From: Candidatus Calditenuaceae archaeon
GTDB lineage: Archaea > Thermoproteota > Nitrososphaeria_A > Caldarchaeales > Calditenuaceae
Assembly (NCBI GenBank): GCA_025059595.1
Contig: JANXDI010000012.1
Span: 97,785 to 129,784, forward strand
Direction of reading: 5' to 3'
Length of the DNA: 32,000 nt
The number at the start of each line of letters is the position of its first letter. Position 1 is the stretch's first letter. Shown piece after piece: positions 25,413-32,000 of this stretch. The notes beneath the pieces were generated by a model, which saw only the letters and a list, made by a program, of their open reading frames with translations, was not told the DNA's origin and ran no database searches. The translations under genes and the position numbers were made by a program.

Positions 25413-25622
25413 ACATAACGAATTGCCCGCGGGAAACAATTTTCTCGAATTACTTCACAAATTATTACTATTGTTAGTTTCTTTGTTTAGCTCTGCGGAT
25501 GACTGGTCTTTTCTGCCAATGTGGGAGGGTTACAGATTTACAAAATATGAAAAATAATATAATTGCATGAATTTTTAGCTCCAGAGGAAAAACCACTAGG
25601 CTGGATGAAGCGGTCAAAGCCT

Positions 25623-25725
25623 TGGGGCCGGTGGGACTTGAACCCACGGCTTCCGGGTTTCTTCTGCGCCAGCCACGATTCTGAGACCTGGAGCCCGGCG
25701 CCCTACCTTGCTAGGCCACGGCCCC
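25623..25725 (-). tRNA. tRNA-Trp (anticodon CCA) with a ~29-nt intron in the anticodon loop; no encoded CCA
   Basis: Hand fold: acceptor GGGGCCG/CGGCCCC, D arm GCCT-AGCAAGGTA-GGGC, anticodon stem CCGGG...CCCGG separated by 36 nt beginning CTCCAG, T arm GTGGG-TTCAAGT-CCCAC. 103 nt = 74 + 29. Confidence 0.8.
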
Positions 25726-25750
25726 CTACTCACGCTGAAGTGTAGAGGCG

Positions 25751-25758
25751 TAATTAAT
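25751..25758 (-). promoter_or_regulatory. TATA-like box (ATTAATTA) ~26-33 nt upstream of the tRNA-Trp 5' end
   Basis: Based on position and composition. Confidence 0.35.
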
Positions 25759-25836
25759 GCTTTTCTAACCGGCGGATGCAGCGGCAAACGTTAAAGCCAG
25801 GCCTTAGCGGTATTCAGCCGTCCGGTGTGGTGTTGC

Positions 25837-26721
25837 ATGAAGCTAGCCAGATTCAGGCTGGGCGAGCTCACAACTTATGGGTTCGTCGAGGGAGATTACT
25901 TGGTTTTCCGGGAGGAGGTTGAGGAGGCGGCCGGCTTCGCTTTCCCACCCTACTTCTCGGACTTCGTCGAGCGGTTCGTCGGTGAAGCGGATTTCCGTAG
26001 GCTGGTCTTGGAGGCTGCGGCGAGGGCGCCGCGGGTCTTAAAGCTCAGCCAAGTCAAGCTCCTAGCCCCGACCGACAACAAGCCTAAGGTCTTATGCATC
26101 GGGCTGAACTATAGGGACCACGCCGAGGAGTCTAAGGCTGCGGTCCCCGACGAGCCGATAATCTTCCTGAAGCCTCACACGGCGCTGACCGGGCCCTACG
26201 ACCCAGTCGAATACCCATCCATCGTGACTCAGCTCGACTATGAGGCTGAGCTGGCGGTGGTTATCGGGAGGAGGTGCAGGGGCGTGAAGCCTGAAGAGGC
26301 CCTGGAATATGTCTGCGGCTACGCGGCCTTCAACGACATATCTGCCCGAAACATACAGTTTAAGGACAGGCAGTGGACCCGCGGCAAATCATTCGATACA
26401 TTCGCGCCCCTCGGCCCGTGGATAGTTACGCGCGACGAGATTCCCAACCCCCACAACCTGAGGATAGCCTCCCGAGTCAACGGAGAGACGAGGCAGGACT
26501 CGAACACGAGAAACATGATATTCGGAGTCGATTACCTCGTCTCTTTCATTAGCATGGTCATGACGCTTGAGCCGGGGGATGTCATCGCTACGGGCACACC
26601 GGCGGGAGTTGGCATATTCGCCAAGCCGGAGCCGAGGCTCCTCAAAATAGGAGACGTGGTTGAGGTGGAGGTCGAGGGCGTCGGCGTGATTAGAAACACC
26701 GTCGTGAAGGGCCCTGTCTAA
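25837..26721 (+). CDS. Fumarylacetoacetate hydrolase (FAH) family protein
   Basis: Motifs GLNYRDHAEE, DYEAELAVVIG and GDVIATGTPAGVG. ATG 25837 (MKLARF...) is preferred. Confidence 0.85.
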   Translation: MKLARFRLGELTTYGFVEGDYLVFREEVEEAAGFAFPPYFSDFVERFVGEADFRRLVLEAAARAPRVLKLSQVKLLAPTDNKPKVLCIGLNYRDHAEESKAAVPDEPIIFLKPHTALTGPYDPVEYPSIVTQLDYEAELAVVIGRRCRGVKPEEALEYVCGYAAFNDISARNIQFKDRQWTRGKSFDTFAPLGPWIVTRDEIPNPHNLRIASRVNGETRQDSNTRNMIFGVDYLVSFISMVMTLEPGDVIATGTPAGVGIFAKPEPRLLKIGDVVEVEVEGVGVIRNTVVKGPV

Positions 26722-26780
26722 GCAACGGTTATCAGAAACTCTTAATAACAGTAAGACGCAAACTCTGCAGTGGTGAGCTG

Positions 26781-28104
26781 TTGAGTCAGATAGACCTTGG
26801 AAAGCTGGCTGTGAATTATTCGAGGTATTATCCGGGGGAAGATTGAGGTCCACCCCAAGGTTCCGGTCAGGGGGTTGAGGGACTTCGCAATCTGGTATAC
26901 GCCTGGCTTCGCGGATGCCTGTCGAGTCATCGTGAATGACAGGGATGAGGCCTTCAACCTTACGAACAGGTGGAACACGATAGCGGTTTTGACGAATGGG
27001 ACGCGGGTGCTCGGGCTGGGGAATATCGGCCCTGAGGTAAGCCTCCCTGTGATGGAGGGGAAGGCTCTTATCTTCAAGTATCTGGGGGGCGTGGATGCGA
27101 TTCCTGTCGCGGTTAGGGCCGAGTCTCCGGAGGAGTTCATCAAGGTGGCGAAGGCTCTGGAGCCCACATTTGGGGGCTTCAACCTCGAAGACATCCAGTC
27201 CCCGGACTGCTTCTAGATTCTCGAGAGGCTTACGGCGGAGGTCGAGATTCCGGTCTGGCACGACGACCAGCTCGGAACAGCCGCATATACTCTAGTCGCC
27301 CTCATCAACGCCCTGAAACTCACAGGCAGATCGCCGAGAGATACTGGGATTGTTATGCTCGGAGCGGGGGCGGCGAACATAGCCACGTGCATCCTCCTCG
27401 AGAAGTATGACTTCGACCCCGGGAAGATGATTCTGATAGACAGGGGCGGGGTACTTCACCCGGAGAGGTTTGACATGGAGTCGATGAAGTCGAGCAATAG
27501 GTGGAAGTATGAGATAGCGCTCAGGACGAATAGGGATGGGGTGAAGGGTGGGCTTAGGGAGGCTCTGGTGGATGCCGACGCGCTCATAGCGGCCTCGACG
27601 CCGGGGCCGGGCGTGGTCAAGAAGGAGGATGTGAAGCTGATGGCGAAGGACCCGATAGTCTTCGCCCTCGCAAACCCCGTCCCCGAGATATGGCCTTGGG
27701 AAGCCCAAGAGGCCGGAGCCGCTGTGGTCGCCACAGGAAGAAGCGACCTCCCAAACCAGGTCAACAACAGCCTCATATTCCCGTCGGTCTTCAGGGGAGC
27801 CCTAGACTGCAGCGCGAGGCAGATTACCTACGAGACGATGATTAGCTCCGCGGTGGAGCTTGCGCGGTGCGCGGAAGAGAAGGGCCTCTCGCCGAACTAC
27901 ATTATTCCGACGATGGAGGAGTGGATGGTCTTTCCAAGGGTGGCGGCCGCCGTGGCCGACTCCCTCTCAAGGGAGGGCCTCGCGCGGAGGAAGGTCAGCT
28001 ATCAGGAGGAGCTTGGGCTGGCGCAGGAGATAATAATGAGGGCGCGGCAGACCTTGAAGGCCCTTGTTGATTCGAGAATAGTTGTGGAGCCTTCGGAGGC
28101 TTAG
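26781..28104 (+). pseudogene. NAD(P)-dependent malic enzyme, disrupted by a frameshift in a G5 run (26834-26838) and an in-frame TAG (27214-27216)
   Basis: Three pieces line up with the malic enzyme pattern. First, ...NYSRYYPG then, one G later, KIEVHPKVPV..DFAIWYTPG...VLGLGNIGPEVSLPVMEGKALIFKYLGGVDA...GGFNLEDIQSPDCF. Then TAG. Then ILERLTAEVEIPVWHDDQLGTAAYTLVALINAL...VMLGAGAAN... Confidence 0.75.
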
Positions 28105-28140
28105 GCTGAGAACCTGTTGATAGGATAAATTGTGGTTTAA

Positions 28141-28575
28141 GTGTGGATAGTTGTGCCGAGGGTTGAGCTCAGCCGGCTCGAGGCAGCCTATCTCGTGACA
28201 CTCCACAAGATGGAGGGTGGGGGTAGGACTGGGACAAGCGCGCTCGCCGAGACGTTCGGGGTGAATGAAGCGAGTGTGGTGGATGTGATTAAGAGGCTTG
28301 AGGGGAAAGGGCTACTTGTGCGGGAGCCCTGGCGGTCGATAACCCTGACCAAGCGGGGAGAGACGCTGGCGACGCAGCTAATCCACAACCACAGAGTCAT
28401 CGAGACCTATCTCCACAAGGTCCTCGACATCCCCGCCGAGCTCGCGTGTAGCGAGGCACAGAAGCTCGACAGCATCTTGGACAGGAGGACGGTGGTCTCG
28501 ATGTGCCGCGCCCTAAACCGCCCCACGACGTGCATCCACGGCCAAGAGATAAGACACCTTAAGTGGTGCAGGTAG
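28141..28575 (+). CDS. DtxR/MntR/SirR family metal-dependent transcriptional repressor
   Basis: wHTH (TSALAETFGVNEASVVDVIKRLEGKGLLV...ITLTKRGE) followed by the dimerisation/metal domain (HNHRVIETYL). Confidence 0.75.
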   Translation: MWIVVPRVELSRLEAAYLVTLHKMEGGGRTGTSALAETFGVNEASVVDVIKRLEGKGLLVREPWRSITLTKRGETLATQLIHNHRVIETYLHKVLDIPAELACSEAQKLDSILDRRTVVSMCRALNRPTTCIHGQEIRHLKWCR

Positions 28576-29628
28576 CTACTGGACAACCTTCTTCAGGAGC
28601 CGCGGCCTATCAGGGTCGAGTGATTTCTCCAGAGCCAAGTAGTAGGCGAGAAGCTGGAACGGGGCAACCTCCACAGCCGTGGCGAAGACATGGCTCGTCC
28701 GCGGAAGCGTCAGGTCCGACCCCGCGACTCCGCCCTCGTGGGATAGAGTCATCGTGTAGACGCCTAGCGACCTAGCCTCGGCAGCCACCCTCTCAAAGAC
28801 ATCCAAGCTGTCCCCCGGCTCCGGCGGAACGATGAGGAAGCAGGCAACCCCCCTGTCGAGAAGCGAGATGGGCCCGTGCCTGAACTCGCGAACCGAGTAA
28901 GCCTCGGCGTGAACGCCGCATGTCTCCTTCAGCTTGAGAGATGCCTCGAGCGCGGCTATGTATGAAGGCCCTTGGCCGAGGAGAAAAGCCTCCCTGAGTT
29001 CCGCCATCTCCTTAGCACATCTGACCGCGAGCTCCTCAGAACCGTCAACCACCCGGCTTAGGAGGTCAGGCAGCCCCGCAAGCTCACCCCTAAGCCCACC
29101 CAGCTCCCCAGCCCCAAGTCTCGGAGAAGCCAGCCCGAGGGCCAGCGAATAGACCGCCGCAAGCTGGGCCATGAAGCTCTTCGTCGCAGGAACAGCCCTC
29201 TCCACCCCACATCTGACATTCAACACATACCGGGCCATGGAGCCGAGCGTGCTCGCTGGAGCCGCGGTAATCGCGAGGATATCGACACCCTTAGCCGATG
29301 CAAGTCTAGCAGCCCTCAGCGTGTCCGCGGACTCCCCCGACTGCGAGATGGCGACCAGCAGATGCTCCTTCCCGATAAAGCTGTGGATGTGCTCAGAATA
29401 CTCGGAGGAGAGGACCGAGTACGCCTCGACCCCCGCGAGCCTCGAGGCGGCGTAGCTGAGGCAGAGGCCCGCATGATGTGAAGAGCCGCTGCTGCATGTC
29501 AGGAGGCATCTGTATCTCGAGAGTATCTCGCCAGCTAGAGATTCCATGTTGGGTAGCGACTCTAGAGTTTCGCGGAAGGAAGGAGGCCCCTCCCGTATCT
29601 CCCTAATCATGAAGTGCTCAGCCTTCAA
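28576..29628 (-). CDS. Double-SIS-domain sugar-phosphate isomerase/aminotransferase-like protein (GlmS isomerase domain only; GlmD/FrlB/AgaS-like)
   Basis: Contains MIREIREGP, ISQSGESADTL and VPATKSF motifs. No glutaminase domain. Confidence 0.75.
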   Translation of the reverse strand: MKAEHFMIREIREGPPSFRETLESLPNMESLAGEILSRYRCLLTCSSGSSHHAGLCLSYAASRLAGVEAYSVLSSEYSEHIHSFIGKEHLLVAISQSGESADTLRAARLASAKGVDILAITAAPASTLGSMARYVLNVRCGVERAVPATKSFMAQLAAVYSLALGLASPRLGAGELGGLRGELAGLPDLLSRVVDGSEELAVRCAKEMAELREAFLLGQGPSYIAALEASLKLKETCGVHAEAYSVREFRHGPISLLDRGVACFLIVPPEPGDSLDVFERVAAEARSLGVYTMTLSHEGGVAGSDLTLPRTSHVFATAVEVAPFQLLAYYLALEKSLDPDRPRLLKKVVQ

Positions 29629-29692
29629 CCCTTCAGACCGTTAAACCCTAAATCCTTCTCTTAAAGAATACGACTCCGAGCGTAGTCTCCCC

Positions 29693-30823
29693 TTAGCGCC
29701 CAGCCCTGCGGAACCTCTCAACCTCCCTCTCTCTAATGGTTATGCCGAGGCCAGGCTTGGCTGGCGGCTCGAAGAAGCCCCCTGAGTGCTTGATTGCGTC
29801 TCCGGCGAGGGCCTCCCGTAGGGGGTTGGGCCTCAGGTGATACTCGATGATTGGCGAGTTAATTGTGAGGGCTGCGTGGAGGCTTGCGACGAACCCTATC
29901 CCACCGGCCGAGTAGTGTGGAATGAGTGGTAGGCCGTAGCTCCTCGCCAGCACGCCTATCCTCACCATCTCCGTTATCCCGCCATTCCACGCGGCGTCAG
30001 CCTGAACAATATCCACAGCATACCTCGAGATGAGCTCCCTAAACTCGTGGACCGTGAAGGCCGTCTCGTAGCCAGCCACAGGCACGTCCAGCTGAGCCGC
30101 GAGCCGCGCGCTCAGCTCCGGATAATCAGTTGAGACAGGCTCCTCGAAGAAGATAACACCAAACCTCTCCAAGCCCCGCCCCATCCTGAGGGCCTGGCTG
30201 AAGTCATAGACGTTGTTAGCGTCCACAGCGATTTCAAGCCCCTCTCCAAACCTCTCCCTCAAGGCCGAGAGCCGCTTAAGGTCCTCCTCGATGCTGAGGC
30301 CTCCCACCTTAATCTTGACAGTCTTGAACCCGCTCCTAACATACTCCTCAACCTCCTCCAGCAGCCTCGGAATATCCTTGTCCGGCCTGTAGTAGCCGCC
30401 CGTGATATAGCCCCTCATCCGCCTCGCCTCCCCGCCTAGCAACCTGTAGACCGGGGCTCCAAGCTCCTTCCCCGCGAGGTCCCAGAGAGCAATATCCACG
30501 CCGCTCATCGCGGAGACCACTATGCCCCTCCTGCCGAGCCTGAAGGTCGCCTTATACATCTTGTCCCAGAGGCGCCAGATGCTCGTAGACTCCTCACCCG
30601 CGACGAGGCGGCTCAAAACCGTGTTCACCGTAACCGCTACGCTGTCAGGAGACCCGTAGCCAATCGCCTCTCCAAACCCAACCTCGCCGTCAGAAGTCTC
30701 CACACGAACAAGACAGACCTCCATCGGATGCTCAGCACCTCCGACAACCGCCAAGGCATCACGCTCGTAAAACTCGGTAAACTCCAAAACCTCACAGCTA
30801 GCGCCAGAAATCCTCAAGGACAA
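29693..30823 (-). CDS. Enolase-superfamily enzyme (mandelate racemase/muconate lactonizing family; possibly a sugar-acid dehydratase)
   Basis: Motifs KIKVGG, AVDANN, FFEEP and DAAWNGGITE appear in the expected order. Confidence 0.8.
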   Translation of the reverse strand: MSLRISGASCEVLEFTEFYERDALAVVGGAEHPMEVCLVRVETSDGEVGFGEAIGYGSPDSVAVTVNTVLSRLVAGEESTSIWRLWDKMYKATFRLGRRGIVVSAMSGVDIALWDLAGKELGAPVYRLLGGEARRMRGYITGGYYRPDKDIPRLLEEVEEYVRSGFKTVKIKVGGLSIEEDLKRLSALRERFGEGLEIAVDANNVYDFSQALRMGRGLERFGVIFFEEPVSTDYPELSARLAAQLDVPVAGYETAFTVHEFRELISRYAVDIVQADAAWNGGITEMVRIGVLARSYGLPLIPHYSAGGIGFVASLHAALTINSPIIEYHLRPNPLREALAGDAIKHSGGFFEPPAKPGLGITIREREVERFRRAGR

Positions 30824-30957
30824 GTAAAAATGAGGTGCTCAAGGAAATTAAATCTTTCCACACAAACCGCCGCCTCCGAGCTCGAGCATCTCTCAGCTGG
30901 CAGGCATGTGGGAAGAGAAGGTGCGTGACTGCAAGAAAAATAGTGGTAGGGTCTTAC

Positions 30958-32000
30958 TTAGTTTCCGCCGGGTGCTCCGAGGGGCAGGTCTATCCAAGGC
31001 CAGTCGAAGACAGAGTCGTCGTCGAACCACGCATAATATCCGGACGGCACGGTCTGTCTGATGCACCTAGTCGCGTCGCAGCCCGACGAGACCTCATTTC
31101 CGAAGGCGTCCGTCCAGAAGCTCGAGGGGCCAGGGTTACCCCAGCCGAAGTCAGGATGCTCGACAGCCCTCTGGTTTCCGAGGAAGAAGCTTCGCGGGTC
31201 TCCGAAAGGAAGACCCTCAACAACGCCGCATATCGGATATACCCTCGTCAGGTCGTCTGTCTTCATGTAGGTCATGGGGTTATACACGGCTATGCCTGGA
31301 GCGGCGAAGAACTTGGCGCCGTTTATGTTCCCGGACCCTACGCGGATGGAGAAGTACCAGACCTCATAGAAGAGGCCTCTCGACACACACTCCTCGTCAG
31401 GAATTATTCTGTCGCCCACCCGGGGGCCGCACTTCGGGTTGAGGTTTCCAGTCGGCGCCATCAGATTAACGCTCGTCACCCGCCCCGCCGAGTCCCTTAC
31501 GTCTATCTGGATGCTGTGGAAAGTCTGCACTAGACGCCGCGCACCAGCCGTCCCCTGATGAACGACTATCCGCCACTCAGCGTTGTTCCCCAACCCATCA
31601 CCCGTCCTCGGCTTATAGAAGACCTTGAAACCCGCGTGAGCCGCTATCTCCTCAACCATCCCAGCCATCTTCGCCGCATATCCGAATGCAGGCAGAGTGT
31701 TGAAGCTACCCTGAAGAGGATTATCACCATGCTCATGCGCAAAGGTGCAGGTTCCCTTCCTAGGGTCAGATGGGTCTATGGGAACGGTTACCGGATGCCA
31801 AGTCCTGTACTTCCTTCCGTCGGGGCCTATGACGAAGTATCTGTCATGCACCTCGGGCGGGCAGCTTCCGAGAATAGCCGGATTAACTGCCGGAAAGGTG
31901 TCTGAATAGCCTGTCGTTGTGCTGGTGGTGGCCGTCGTGGAGGTTATGGTTGTGCGGGGCCTCCTAGGGCTCCTCGGAGGCCTACTCGCCGCGTCAGCAG
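30958..32000 (-). CDS. Unknown, probably secreted protein; a Thr-rich linker precedes a ~300-aa Cys/Trp/Gly-rich domain; 5' end lies beyond the window
   Basis: My own translation shows the frame stays open from 31851 to the window edge (...RPRTTITSTTATTSTTTGYSDTFPAVNPAILGSCPPEVHDRYF...). The track start is therefore only an internal GTG. No family recognised. Confidence 0.55.
   Translation of the reverse strand, partial: ADAASRPPRSPRRPRTTITSTTATTSTTTGYSDTFPAVNPAILGSCPPEVHDRYFVIGPDGRKYRTWHPVTVPIDPSDPRKGTCTFAHEHGDNPLQGSFNTLPAFGYAAKMAGMVEEIAAHAGFKVFYKPRTGDGLGNNAEWRIVVHQGTAGARRLVQTFHSIQIDVRDSAGRVTSVNLMAPTGNLNPKCGPRVGDRIIPDEECVSRGLFYEVWYFSIRVGSGNINGAKFFAAPGIAVYNPMTYMKTDDLTRVYPICGVVEGLPFGDPRSFFLGNQRAVEHPDFGWGNPGPSSFWTDAFGNEVSSGCDATRCIRQTVPSGYYAWFDDDSVFDWPWIDLPLGAPGGN

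Noticed and set aside
27214-27216. In-frame TAG in the malic enzyme as pyrrolysine or genome-wide amber reassignment
   Set aside because: TAG ends several well-supported genes in this window: the ATPase at 1641-1643, the 154-aa ORF at 3564-3566, and cdc6 at 16289-16291. The same gene also carries a frameshift. A nonsense mutation or sequencing error is the simpler explanation.
26389-27261. 290-aa minus-strand ORF across the FAH 3' end and the malic enzyme 5' part (also 26742-27194)
   Set aside because: The plus strand carries strong FAH and malic enzyme signatures. The minus translation is R/P/D-rich with no motif.
30835-31533. 232-aa plus-strand ORF opposite the unknown secreted protein gene
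   Set aside because: It is Arg/Ser/Val-rich and its start overlaps the enolase-family gene region. The minus-strand frame is longer, stays open to the window edge, and has a secreted-protein-like linker and domain. This is still the weaker of my strand decisions.
1-32000. CRISPR arrays, rRNA genes, transposases/IS elements, long tandem repeats
   Set aside because: Scanning the intergenic regions by eye found no regularly spaced direct repeats, no rRNA-like sequence and no transposase or integrase motifs.

Overview
GC-rich, gene-dense archaeal chromosomal segment. Archaeal origin is supported by Orc1/Cdc6, the PolD small subunit, a FlaI/FlaJ-type assembly pair, an intron-containing tRNA-Trp, and TATA-like boxes about 27 nt upstream of start codons. 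All protein calls come from motifs read in the supplied translations; no database search was run. Left to right: the 3' part of a FlaI-like ATPase carrying a ~376-aa intein-like insertion, a FlaJ-like platform gene and a small Q/P/R-rich membrane protein; a housekeeping block (PUA protein, pterin dehydratase, M42 peptidase, amino-acid-kinase-fold kinase, Gfo/Idh/MocA oxidoreductase, RidA, purB) holding a decayed VapBC pair; tRNA-Pro in a lower-GC patch; a candidate oriC (two inverted ORB-like boxes plus an A/T-rich stretch) directly upstream of cdc6 and PolD DP1; a ~2.2 kb AT-rich island (HTH regulator, orphan DUF1778-like antitoxin); an APC permease-USP fusion. Most interesting is a five-gene, translationally coupled minus-strand operon at 22175-25379: three paralogous small secreted beta-rich proteins, a type I signal peptidase with a multi-TM C-terminal extension, and a five-repeat surface-anchored protein. 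It looks like a TasA/SipW-type or archaeal bundling-pilus-type fibre system. The window ends with tRNA-Trp (29-nt intron), a FAH-family hydrolase, a malic enzyme gene broken twice (G-run frameshift plus in-frame TAG), a DtxR-type repressor, a GlmS-isomerase-like SIS protein, an enolase-superfamily enzyme and an unknown secreted protein running off the window. No CRISPR array, rRNA or transposase was seen.
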